Of a stretch of DNA of 64,000 nucleotides, positions 35,560-47,800 are shown piece by piece. Under the pieces are notes generated by a model. It did not search any database and had not been told where the DNA came from. It saw only the letters and a list, made by a program, of their open reading frames with translations. Source of the DNA: Eledone cirrhosa (taxonomy: Eukaryota); NCBI GenBank assembly GCA_964016885.1, contig OZ024743.1, positions 270,134,001 through 270,198,000 of the forward strand, read 5' to 3'. Every line of letters starts with the position of its first letter. Within the stretch, counting starts at the first letter, position 1. The position numbers were made by a program, and so were the translations under genes.

Positions 35560-38500
35560 GTGTTTGAGGTGGTGTTGATGCTAGTGGTGTTGGTAGTAGT
35601 GTTTGAGGTGGTGTTGATGTTAGCGGTGTTGGTAGTAGTGTTTGTGGTGGTGTTGATGTTAGTGGTGTTGGTAGTAGTGTTTGAGGTGGTGTTGATGTTA
35701 GTGGTGTTGGGGGTAGTGTTTGGGGTGGTGTTGGTGTTAGTGGTGTTGGTAGTAGTGTTTGAGGTGGTGTTGATGTTAGTGGTGTTGGTAGTAGTGTTTG
35801 AGGTGGTGTTGATGTTAGTGGTGTTGGGGGTAGTGTTTGAGGTGGTGTTGGTGTTATTGGTGTTGGTAGAAGTGTTTGATGTGGTGTAGATGTTAGCGGT
35901 GTTGGTAGTAGTGTTTGAGGTGGTGTTGATGTTAGTGGTGTTGGGGTAGTGTTTGAGGTGGTGTTGATGTTACTGGTGTTGGGGGTAGTGTTTGAGGTGG
36001 TGTTGATGTTAGTGGTGTTGGTAGTAGTGTCTGAGGTGGTGTTGATGTTAGTGGTGTTGGTAGTAGTGTTTGAGGTGGTGTTGATGCTAGTGGTGTTGGT
36101 AGTAGTGTTTGAGGTGGTGTTGATGTTAGTGGTTTTGGTAGTAGTGTTTGAGGTGGTGTTGATGTTAGTGGTGTTGGTAGTAGTGTTTGAGGTGGTGTTG
36201 ATGTTAGTGGTGTTGGTAGTAGTGTTTGAGGTGGTGTTGATGTTAGTGGTGTTGGTAGTAGTGTTTGAGGTGGTGTTGATGTTAGTGGTGTTGGTAGTAG
36301 TGTTTGAGGTGGTGTTGCTGTTAGTGGTGTTGGGGGTAGTGTTTGAGGTGGTGTTGATGTTAGTGGTGTTGGTAGTAGTGTCTGAGGTGGTGTTGATGTT
36401 AGTGGTGTTGGTAGTAGTGTTTGAGGTGGTGTTGATGTTAGTGGTGTTGGTAGTAGTGTTTGAGGTGGTGTTGATGTTAGTGGTGTTGGTAGTAGTGTTT
36501 GAGGTGGTGTTGATGTTAGTAGTGTTGGTAGTAGTGTTTGAGGAGCTGTTGATGTTAGTGGTGTTGGTAGTAGTGTTTGAGGTGGTGTTGATGTTAGTGC
36601 TGTTGGTAGTAGTGTTTGAGGTGGTGTTGATGTTAGTGGTGTTGGTAGTAGTGTTTGAGGTGGTGTTGATGTTAGTGGTGTTGGTAGTAGTGTTTGAGGT
36701 GGTGTTGATGTTAGTGGTGTTGGTAGTAGTGTTTGAGGTGGTGTTGATGTTAGTGGTGTTGGTAGTAGTGTTTGAGGTGGTGTTGATGTTAGTGGTGTTG
36801 GTAGTAGTGTTTGAGGTGGTGTTGATGTTAGTGGTGTTGGTAGTAGTGTTTGAGGTGGGGTTGATGTTAGCGGTGTTGGTAGTAGTGTTTGAGGTGGTGT
36901 TGATGTAAGTGGTGTTGGTAGTAGTGTTTGAGGTGGTGGTGGTGTTAGTGGTGTTGGTAGTAGTGTTTGAGGTGGTGTTGATGTTAGCGGTGTTGGTAGT
37001 AGTGTTTGTGGTGGTGTTGATGTTAGTGGTGTTGGTAGTAGTGTTTGAGGTGGTGTTGATGTTAGTGGTGTTGGTAGTAGTGTTTGAGGTGGTGTTGATG
37101 TTAGTGGTGTTGGTAGTAGTGTTTGAGGAGGTGTTGATGTTAGTGGTGTTGGGTGTAGTGTTTGAGGTGGTGTTGATGTTAGCGGTGTTGGTAGTAGTGT
37201 TTGAGGTGGTGTTGATGTTAGTGGTGTTGGTAGTAGTGTTTGAGGTGGTGTTGATGTTAGTGGTCTTGGTAGTAGTGTTTGAGGTGGTGGTGGTGTTAGA
37301 GGTGTTGGTAGTAGTCTTGGAGGTGGTGTTGATGTTAGTGGCGTTGGTAGTAGTGTTTGACGTGGTGTTGATGTTATTGGTGTTGGTAGTAGTGTTTGAG
37401 GTGGTGTTGATGTTAGTGGTGTTGGTAGTAGTGTTTGAGGTGGTGTTGATGTTAGTGGTGTTGGTAGTAGTGTTTGAGGTGGTGTTGATGTTAGTGGTGT
37501 TGGTAGTAGTGTTTGACGTGGTGTTGATGTTAGTGGTGTTGGTAGTAGTGTTTGAGGTGTTGTTGATGTTAGTGGTGTGGGTAGTAGTGTTTGAGGTGGT
37601 GTTGATGTTAGTGGTGTTGGTAGTAGTGTTTGAGGCGGTGTTGATGTTAGTGATGTTGGTAGTAGTGTTTGAGGTGGTGTTGATGTTAGCGGTGTTGGTA
37701 GTAGTGTTTGAGGTGGTGTTGATGTTAGTGGTGTTGGTAGTAGTGTTTGAGGTGGTGTTGATGTTAGTGGTGTTGGTAGTAGTGTTTGAGGTGGTGTTGA
37801 TGTTAGTGGTGTTGGTAGTAGTGTTTGAGGTGGTGTTGATGTTAGTGGTGTTGGGGGTAGTGTTTGAGGTGGTGTTGATGTTAGTGGTGTTGGTAGTAGT
37901 GTTTGAGGTGGTGTTGATGTTAGTGGTGTTGGTAGTAGTGTTTGAGGTGGTGTTGACCTTAGTGGTGTTGGTAGTAGTGTTTGAGGTGGTGTTGATGTTA
38001 GTGATGTTGGTAGTAGTGTTTGAGGTGGTGTTGATGCTAGAGGTGTTGGTAGTAGTGTTTGAGGTGGTGTTGATGTTAGTGGTGTTGGTAGTAGAGTTTG
38101 AGGTGGTGTTGATGTTAGTGGTGTTGGTAGTAGAGTTTGAGGTGGTGTTGATGTTAGTGGTGTTGGTAGTAGAGTTTGAGGTGGTGTTGACGTTAGTGGT
38201 GTTGGTAGTAGTGTTTGAGGTGGTGTTGATGTTAGTGGTGTTGGTAGTAGTGTTTGAGGTGGTGATGATGTTAGTGGTGTTGGTAGTAGTGTTTAAGGTG
38301 GTGTTGATGTTAGAGGTGTTGGTAGTAGTGTTTGAGGTGGTGTTAACGTTAGTGGTGTTGGTAGTAGTGTTTGAGGTGGTGTTGATGTTAGTGGTGTTGG
38401 TAGTAGTGTTTGACGTGGTGTTGTTGTTAGTGGTGTTGGTAGTAGTGTCTGAGGTGGTGTTGATGTTAGTGGTGTTGGTAGTAGTGTTTGAGGTGGTGTT

Positions 38501-41500
38501 GATGTTAGTGGTGTTGGTAGTAGTGTTTGACGTGGTGTTGTTGTTAGTGGTGTTGGTAGTAGTGTCTGCGGTGGTGTTGATGTTAGTGGTGTTGGTAGTA
38601 GTGTTTGAGGTGGTGTTGATGTTAGTGGTGTTGGTAGTAGTGTTTGACGTGGTTTTGATGTTAGTGGTGTTGGTAGTAGTGTTTGACGTGGTGTTGTTGT
38701 TAGTGGTGTTGGTAGTAGTGTCTGAGGTGGTGTTGATGTTAGTGGTGTTGGTAGTAGTGTTTGAGGTGCTGTTGATGTTAGTGGTGTTGGTAGTAGTGTT
38801 TGAGGTGGTGTTGACCTTAGTGGTGTTGGTAGTAGTGTTTGAGGTGGTGTTGACGTTAGTGGTGTTGGTAGTAGTGTTTGAGGTGGTGTTGATGTTAGTG
38901 ATGTTGGTAGTAGTGTTTGAGGTGGTGTTGATGTTAGCGGTGTTGGTAGTAGTGTTTGAGGTTGTGTTGATGTTAGTGGTGTTGGTAGTAGTGTTTGAGG
39001 TGGTGTTGATGCTAGTGGTGTTGGTAGTAGTGTTTGAGGTGGTGTTGATGTTAGCGGTGTTGGTAGTAGTGTTTGTGGTGGTGTTGATGTTAGTGGTGTT
39101 GGTAGTAGTGTTTGAGGTGGTGTTGATGTTAGTGGTGTTGGGGGTAGTGTTTGGGGTGGTGTTGGTGTTAGTGGTGTTGGTAGTAGTGTTTGAGGTGGTG
39201 TTGATGTTAGTGGTGTTGGTAGTAGTGTTTGAGGTGGTGTTGATGTTAGTGGTGTTGGGGGTAGTGTTTGAGGTGGTGTTGGTGTTATTGGTGTTGGTAG
39301 AAGTGTTTGATGTGGTGTTGATGTTAGCGGTGTTGGTAGTAGTGTTTGAGGTGGTGTTGATGTTAGTGGTGTTGGGGTAGTGTTTGAGGTGGTGTTGATG
39401 TTACTGGTGTTGGGGGTAGTGTTTGAGGTGGTGTTGATGTTAGTGGTGTTGGTAGTAGTGTCTGAGGTGGTGTTGATGTTAGTGGTGTTGGTAGTAGTGT
39501 TTGAGGTGGTGTTGATGCTAGTGGTGTTGGTAGTAGTGTTTGAGGTGGTGTTGATGTTAGTGGTTTTGGTAGTAGTGTTTGAGGTGGTGTTGATGTTAGT
39601 GGTGTTGGTAGTAGTGTTTGAGGTGGTGTTGATGTTAGTGGTGTTGGTAGTAGTGTTTGAGGTGGTGTTGATGTTAGTGGTGTTGGTAGTAGTGTTTGAG
39701 GTGGTGTTGATGTTAGTGGTGTTGGTAGTAGTGTTTGAGGTGGTGTTGCTGTTAGTGGTGTTGGGGGTAGTGTTTGAGGTGGTGTTGATGTTAGTGGTGT
39801 TGGTAGTAGTGTCTGAGGTGGTGTTGATGTTAGTGGTGTTGGTAGTAGTGTTTGAGGTGGTGTTGATGTTAGTGGTGTTGGTAGTAGTGTTTGAGGTGGT
39901 GTTGATGTTAGTGGTGTTGGTAGTAGTGTTTGAGGTGGTGTTGATGTTAGTAGTGTTGGTAGTAGTGTTTGAGGAGCTGTTGATGTTAGTGGTGTTGGTA
40001 GTAGTGTTTGAGGTGGTGTTGATGTTAGTGCTGTTGGTAGTAGTGTTTGAGGTGGTGTTGATGTTAGTGGTGTTGGTAGTAGTGTTTGAGGTGGTGTTGA
40101 TGTTAGTGGTGTTGGTAGTAGTGTTTGAGGTGGTGTTGATGTTAGTGGTGTTGGTAGTAGTGTTTGAGGTGGTGTTGATGTTAGTGGTGTTGGTAGTAGT
40201 GTTTGAGGTGGTGTTGATGTTAGTGGTGTTGGTAGTAGTGTTTGAGGTGGTGTTGATGTTAGTGGTGTTGGTAGTAGTGTTTGAGGTGGGGTTGATGTTA
40301 GCGGTGTTGGTAGTAGTGTTTGAGGTGGTGTTGATGTAAGTGGTGTTGGTAGTAGTGTTTGAGGTGGTGGTGGTGTTAGTGGTGTTGGTAGTAGTGTTTG
40401 AGGTGGTGTTGATGTTAGCGGTGTTGGTAGTAGTGTTTGTGGTGGTGTTGATGTTAGCGGTGTTGGTAGTAGTGTTTGAGGTGGTGTTGATGTTAGTGGT
40501 GTTGGTAGTAGTGTTTGAGGTGGTGTTGATGTTAGTGGTGTTGGTAGTAGTGTTTGAGGAGGTGTTGATGTTAGTGGTGTTGGGTGTAGTGTTTGAGGTG
40601 GTGTTGATGTTAGCGGTGTTGGTAGTAGTGTTTGAGGTGGTGTTGATGTTAGTGGTCTTGGTAGTAGTGTTTGAGGTGGTGGTGGTGTTAGAGGTGTTGG
40701 TAGTAGTCTTGGAGGTGGTGTTGATGTTAGTGGCGTTGGTAGTAGTGTTTGACGTGGTGTTGATGTTATTGGTGTTGGTAGTAGTGTTTGAGGTGGTGTT
40801 GATGTTAGTGGTGTTGGTAGTAGTGTTTGAGGTGGTGTTGATGTTAGTGGTGTTGGTAGTAGTGTTTGAGGTGGTGTTGATGTTAGCGGTGTTGGTAGTA
40901 GTGTTTGTGGTGGTGTTGATGTTAGCGGTGTTGGTAGTAGTGTTTGAGGTGGTGTTGATGTTAGTGGTGTTGGTAGTAGTGTTTGAGGTGGTGTTGATGT
41001 TAGTGGTGTTGGTAGTAGTGTTTGAGGTGGTGTTGATGTTAGTGGTGTTGGGTGTAGTGTTTGAGGTGGTGTTGATGTTAGTGGTGTTGGGTGTAGTGTT
41101 TGAGGTGGTGTTGATGTTAGTGGTGTTGGGTGTAGTGTTTGAGGTGGTGTTGATGTTAGCGGTGTTGGTAGTAGTGTTTGAGGTGGTGTTGATGTTAGTG
41201 GTGTTGGTAGTAGTGTTTGAGGTGGTGTTGATGTTAGTGGTCTTGGTAGTAGTGTTTGAGGTGGTGGTGGTGTTAGAGGTGTTGGTAGTAGTCTTGGAGG
41301 TGGTGTTGATGTTAGTGGCGTTGGTAGTAGTGTTTGACGTGGTGTTGATGTTATTGGTGTTGGTAGTAGTGTTTGAGGTGGTGTTGATGTTAGCGGTGTT
41401 GGTAGTAGTGTTTGAGGTGGTGTTGATGTTAGTGGTGTTGGTAGTAGTGTTTGAGGTGGTGTTGATGTTAGTGGTGTTGGTAGTAGTGTTTGAGGTGGTG

Positions 41501-44500
41501 TTGATGTTAGTGGTGTTGGTAGTAGTGTTTGACGTGGTGTTGATGTTAGTGGTGTTGGTAGTAGTGTTTGAGGTGTTGTTGATGTTAGTGGTGTGGGTAG
41601 TAGTGTTTGAGGTGGTGTTGATGTTAGTGGTGTTGGTAGTAGTGTTTGAGGCGGTGTTGATGTTAGTGATGTTGGTAGTAGTGTTTGAGGTGGTGTTGAT
41701 GTTAGCGGTGTTGGTAGTAGTGTTTGAGGTGGTGTTGATGTTAGTGGTGTTGGTAGTAGTGTTTGAGGTGGTGTTGATGTTAGTGGTGTTGGTAGTAGTG
41801 TTTGAGGTGGTGTTGATGTTAGTGGTGTTGGTAGTAGTGTTTGAGGTGGTGTTGATGTTAGTGGTGTTGGGGGTAGTGTTTGAGGTGGTGTTGATGTTAG
41901 TGGTGTTGGTAGTAGTGTCTGAGGTGGTGTTGATGTTAGTGGTGTTGGTAGGAGTGTTTGAGGTGGTGTGATGTTAGTGGTGTTGGTAGTAGTGTTTGAG
42001 GTGGTGTTGATGTTAGTGGTGTTGGTAGTAGTGTTTGAGGTGGTGTTGATGTTAGTGGTGTTGGTAGTAGTGTTTGAGGTGGTGTTGACCTTAGTGGTGT
42101 TGGTAGTAGTGTTTGAGGTGGTGTTGATGTTAGTGATGTTGGTAGTAGAGTTTGAGGTGGTGTTGATGTTAGTGGTGTTGGTAGTAGAGTTTGAGGTGGT
42201 GTTGATGTTAGTGGTGTTGGTAGTAGAGTTTGAGGAGGTGTTGATGTTAGTGGTGTTGGTAGTAGTGTTTCAGGTGGTGTTGATGTTAGTGGTGTTGGTA
42301 GTAGTGTTTGAGGTGGTGTTGATGCTAGAGGTGTTGGTAGTAGTGTTTGAGGTGGTGTTGATGTTAGTGGTGTTGGTAGTAGTGTTTGAGGTGGTGTTGA
42401 TGTTAGTGGTGTTGGTAGTAGTGTTTAAGGTGGTGTTGATGTTAGAGGTGTTGGTAGTAGTGTTTGAGGTGGTGTTAACGTTAGTGGTGTTGGTAGTAGT
42501 GTTTGAGGTGGTGTTGATGTTAGTGGTGTTGGTAGTAGTGTTTGACGTGGTGTTGTTGTTAGTGGTGTTGGTAGTAGTGTCTGAGGTGGTGTTGATGTTA
42601 GTGGTGTTGGTAGTAGTGTTTGAGGTGGTGTTGATGTTAGTGGTGTTGGTAGTAGTGTTTGACGTGGTGTTGTTGTTAGTGGTGTTGGTAGTAGTGTCTG
42701 AGGTGGTGTTGATGTTAGTGGTGTTGGTAGTAGTGTTTGAGGTGGTGTTGATGTTAGTGGTGTTGGTAGTAGTGTTTGACGTGGTTTTGATGTTAGTGGT
42801 GTTGGTAGTAGTGTTTGACGTGGTGTTGTTGTTAGTGGTGTTGGTAGTAGTGTCTGAGGTGGTGTTGATGTTAGTGGTGTTGGTAGTAGTGTTTGAGGTG
42901 CTGTTGATGTTAGTGGTGTTGGTAGTAGTGTTTGAGGTGGTGTTGACCTTAGTGGTGTTGGTAGTAGTGTTTGAGGTGGTGTTGACGTTAGTGGTGTTGG
43001 TAGTAGTGTTTGAGGTGGTGTTGATGTTAGTGATGTTGGTAGTAGTGTTTGAGGTGGTGTTGATGTTAGCGGTGTTGGTAGTAGTGTTTGAGGTGGTGTT
43101 GATGTTAGTGGTGTTGGTAGTAGTGTTTGAGGTTGTGTTGATGTTAGTGGTGTTGGGGGTAGTGTTTGAGGTGGTGTTGATGTTAGTGGTGTTGTTAGGA
43201 GTGTTTGAGGTTGTGTTGATGTTAGTGGTGTTGGTAGTAGTGTTTGAGGTGGTGTTGATGTTAGTGGTGTTGGTAGTAGTGTTTGAGGTGGTGTTGATGT
43301 TAGTGGTGTTGGGGGTAGTGTTTGAGGTGGTGTTGATGTTAGTGGTGTTGGTAGTAGTGTTTGAGGTGGTGTTGATGTTAGTGGTGTTGGGGGTAGTGTT
43401 TGAGGTGGTGTTGATGTTAGTGGTGTTGGTAGTAGTGTTTGAGGTGGTGTTGATGCTAGTGGTGTTGGTAGTAGTGTTTGAGGTGGTGTTGATGTTAGCG
43501 GTGTTGGTAGTAGTGTTTGTGGTGGTGTTGATGTTAGTGGTGTTGGTAGTAGTGTTTGAGGTGGTGTTGATGTTAGTGGTGTTGGGGGTAGTGTTTGGGG
43601 TGGTGTTGGTGTTAGTGGTGTTGGTAGTAGTGTTTGAGGTGGTGTTGATGTTAGTGGTGTTGGTAGTAGTGTTTGAGGTGGTGTTGATGTTAGTGGTGTT
43701 GGGGGTAGTGTTTGAGGTGGTGTTGGTGTTATTGGTGTTGGTAGAAGTGTTTGATGTGGTGTTGATGTTAGCGGTGTTGGTAGTAGTGTTTGAGGTGGTG
43801 TTGATGTTAGTGGTGTTGGGGTAGTGTTTGAGGTGGTGTTGATGTTACTGGTGTTGGGGGTAGTGTTTGAGGTGGTGTTGATGTTAGTGGTGTTGGTAGT
43901 AGTGTTTGAGGTGGTGTTGATGCTAGTGGTGTTGGTAGTAGTGTTTGAGGTGGTGTTGATGTTAGTGGTTTTGGTAGTAGTGTTTGAGGTGGTGTTGATG
44001 TTAGTGGTGTTGGTAGTAGTGTTTGAGGTGGTGTTGATGTTAGTGGTGTTGGTAGTAGTGTTTGAGGTGGTGTTGATGTTAGTGGTGTTGGTAGTAGTGT
44101 TTGAGGTGGTGTTGATGTTAGTGGTGTTGGTAGTAGTGTTTGAGGTGGTGTTGCTGTTAGTGGTGTTGGGGGTAGTGTTTGAGGTGGTGTTGATGTTAGT
44201 GGTGTTGGTAGTAGTGTCTGAGGTGGTGTTGATGTTAGTGGTGTTGGTAGTAGTGTTTGAGGTGGTGTTGATGTTAGTGGTGTTGGTAGTAGTGTTTGAG
44301 GTGGTGTTGATGTTAGTGGTGTTGGTAGTAGTGTTTGAGGTGGTGTTGATGTTAGTAGTGTTGGTAGTAGTGTTTGAGGAGCTGTTGATGTTAGTGGTGT
44401 TGGTAGTAGTGTTTGAGGTGGTGTTGATGTTAGTGCTGTTGGTAGTAGTGTTTGAGGTGGTGTTGATGTTAGTGGTGTTGGTAGTAGTGTTTGAGGTGGT

Positions 44501-44850
44501 GTTGATGTTAGTGGTGTTGGTAGTAGTGTTTGAGGTGGTGTTGATGTTAGTGGTGTTGGTAGTAGTGTTTGAGGTGGTGTTGATGTTAGTGGTGTTGGTA
44601 GTAGTGTTTGAGGTGGTGTTGATGTTAGTGGTGTTGGTAGTAGTGTTTGAGGTGGTGTTGATGTTAGTGGTGTTGGTAGTAGTGTTTGAGGTGGGGTTGA
44701 TGTTAGCGGTGTTGGTAGTAGTGTTTGAGGTGGTGTTGATGTAAGTGGTGTTGGTAGTAGTGTTTGAGGTGGTGGTGGTGTTAGTGGTGTTGGTAGTAGT
44801 GTTTGAGGTGGTGTTGATGTTAGCGGTGTTGGTAGTAGTGTTTGTGGTGG
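35560..44850. repeat. Three copies of a ~1.4-kb block (~35560-37020, ~38990-40450, ~43430-44850)
   Basis: Shared markers TTACTG, GTGGTTTTG, TTGCTG, GAGGAGCTG, GAGGTGGGG and ATGTAA. ORF translations 35949..36908 and 39380..40339 are identical (offset 3431 = 88x39 - 1), and 43824..44744 is one monomer shorter. Confidence 0.9.
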
Positions 44851-47800
44851 TGTTGATGTTAGCGGTGTTGGTAGTAGTGTTTGAGGTGGTGTTGATGTTA
44901 GTGGTGTTGGTAGTAGTGTTTGAGGTGGTGTTGATGTTAGTGGTGTTGGTAGTAGTGTTTGAGGAGGTGTTGATGTTAGTGGTGTTGGGTGTAGTGTTTG
45001 AGGTGGTGTTGATGTTAGCGGTGTTGGTAGTAGTGTTTGAGGTGGTGTTGATGTTAGTGGTCTTGGTAGTAGTGTTTGAGGTGGTGGTGGTGTTAGAGGT
45101 GTTGGTAGTAGTCTTGGAGGTGGTGTTGATGTTAGTGGCGTTGGTAGTAGTGTTTGACGTGGTGTTGATGTTATTGGTGTTGGTAGTAGTGTTTGAGGTG
45201 GTGTTGATGTTAGTGGTGTTGGTAGTAGTGTTTGAGGTGGTGTTGATGTTAGTGGTGTTGGTAGTAGTGTTTGAGGTGGTGTTGATGTTAGTGGTGTTGG
45301 TAGTAGTGTTTGACGTGGTGTTGATGTTAGTGGTGTTGGTAGTAGTGTTTGAGGTGTTGTTGATGTTAGTGGTGTGGGTAGTAGTGTTTGAGGTGGTGTT
45401 GATGTTAGTGGTGTTGGTAGTAGTGTTTGAGGCGGTGTTGATGTTAGTGATGTTGGTAGTAGTGTTTGAGGTGGTGTTGATGTTAGCGGTGTTGGTAGTA
45501 GTGTTTGAGGTGGTGTTGATGTTAGTGGTGTTGGTAGTAGTGTTTGAGGTGGTGTTGATGTTAGTGGTGTTGGTAGTAGTGTTTGAGGTGGTGTTGATGT
45601 TAGTGGTGTTGGTAGTAGTGTTTGAGGTGGTGTTGATGTTAGTGGTGTTGGGGGTAGTGTTTGAGGTGGTGTTGATGTTAGTGGTGTTGGTAGTAGTGTC
45701 TGAGGTGGTGTTGATGTTAGTGGTGTTGGTAGGAGTGTTTGAGGTGGTGTGATGTTAGTGGTGTTGGTAGTAGTGTTTGAGGTGGTGTTGATGTTAGTGG
45801 TGTTGGTAGTAGTGTTTGAGGTGGTGTTGATGTTAGTGGTGTTGGTAGTAGTGTTTGAGGTGGTGTTGACCTTAGTGGTGTTGGTAGTAGTGTTTGAGGT
45901 GGTGTTGATGTTAGTGATGTTGGTAGTAGAGTTTGAGGTGGTGTTGATGTTAGTGGTGTTGGTAGTAGAGTTTGAGGTGGTGTTGATGTTAGTGGTGTTG
46001 GTAGTAGAGTTTGAGGAGGTGTTGATGTTAGTGGTGTTGGTAGTAGTGTTTCAGGTGGTGTTGATGTTAGTGGTGTTGGTAGTAGTGTTTGAGGTGGTGT
46101 TGATGCTAGAGGTGTTGGTAGTAGTGTTTGAGGTGGTGTTGATGTTAGTGGTGTTGGTAGTAGTGTTTGAGGTGGTGTTGATGTTAGTGGTGTTGGTAGT
46201 AGTGTTTAAGGTGGTGTTGATGTTAGAGGTGTTGGTAGTAGTGTTTGAGGTGGTGTTAACGTTAGTGGTGTTGGTAGTAGTGTTTGAGGTGGTGTTGATG
46301 TTAGTGGTGTTGGTAGTAGTGTTTGACGTGGTGTTGTTGTTAGTGGTGTTGGTAGTAGTGTCTGAGGTGGTGTTGATGTTAGTGGTGTTGGTAGTAGTGT
46401 TTGAGGTGGTGTTGATGTTAGTGGTGTTGGTAGTAGTGTTTGACGTGGTGTTGTTGTTAGTGGTGTTGGTAGTAGTGTCTGAGGTGGTGTTGATGTTAGT
46501 GGTGTTGGTAGTAGTGTTTGAGGTGGTGTTGATGTTAGTGGTGTTGGTAGTAGTGTTTGACGTGGTTTTGATGTTAGTGGTGTTGGTAGTAGTGTTTGAC
46601 GTGGTGTTGTTGTTAGTGGTGTTGGTAGTAGTGTCTGAGGTGGTGTTGATGTTAGTGGTGTTGGTAGTAGTGTTTGAGGTGCTGTTGATGTTAGTGGTGT
46701 TGGTAGTAGTGTTTGAGGTGGTGTTGACCTTAGTGGTGTTGGTAGTAGTGTTTGAGGTGGTGTTGACGTTAGTGGTGTTGGTAGTAGTGTTTGAGGTGGT
46801 GTTGATGTTAGTGATGTTGGTAGTAGTGTTTGAGGTGGTGTTGATGTTAGCGGTGTTGGTAGTAGTGTTTGAGGTGGTGTTGATGTTAGTGGTGTTGGTA
46901 GTAGTGTTTGAGGTTGTGTTGATGTTAGTGGTGTTGGTAGTAGTGTTTGAGGTGGTGTTGATGTTAGTGGTGTTGGTAGTAGTGTTTGAGGTGGTGTTGA
47001 TGTTAGTGGTGTTGGTAGTAGTGTTTGAGGTGGTGTTGATGTTAGTGGTGTTGGTAGTAGTGTTTGAGGTGGTGTTGATGTTAGCGGTGTTGGTAGTAGT
47101 GTTTGAGGTGGTGTTGATGTTAGCGGTGTTGGTAGTAGTGTTTGAGGTGGTGTTGATGTAAGTGGTGTTGGTAGTAGTGTTTGATGTGGTGGTGGTGTTA
47201 GTGGTGTTGGTAGTAGTGTTTGAGGTGGTGTTGATGTTAGCGGTGTTGGTAGTAGTGTTTGTGGTGGTGTTGATGTTAGCGGTGTTGGTAGTAGTGTTTG
47301 AGGTGCTGTTGATGTTAGTGGTGTTGGTAGTAGTGTTTGAGGTGGTGTTGATGTTAGTGGTGTTGGTACTAGTGTTTGAGGAGGTGTTGATGTTAGTGGT
47401 GCTGGGTGTAGTGTTTGAGGTGGTGTTGATGTTAGCGGTGTTGGTAGTAGTGTTTGAGGTGGTGTTGATGTTAGTGGTCTTGGTAGTAGTGTTTGAGGTG
47501 GTGGTGGTGTTAGAGGTGTTGGTAGTAGTCTTGGAGGTGGTGTTGATGTTAGTGGCGTTGGTAGTAGTGTTTGACGTGGTGTTGATGTTATTGGTGTTGG
47601 TAGTAGTGTTTGAGGTGGTGTTGATGTTAGTGGTGTTGGTAGTAGTGTTTGAGGTGGTGTTGATGTTAGTGGTGTTGGTAGTAGTGTTTGAGGTGGTGTT
47701 GATGTTAGTGGTGTTGGTAGTAGTGTTTGAGGTGGTGTTGATGTTAGTGGTGTTGGTAGTAGTGTTTGAGGTGTTGTTGATGTTAGTCGTGTGGGTAGTA

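Noticed and set aside
3276-43824. Programmed phase variation or frameshifting at G4/G5 tracts
   Set aside because: There is no gene context, and other indel types and nonsense variants are amplified in the same way. Neutral slippage plus duplication explains the pattern.
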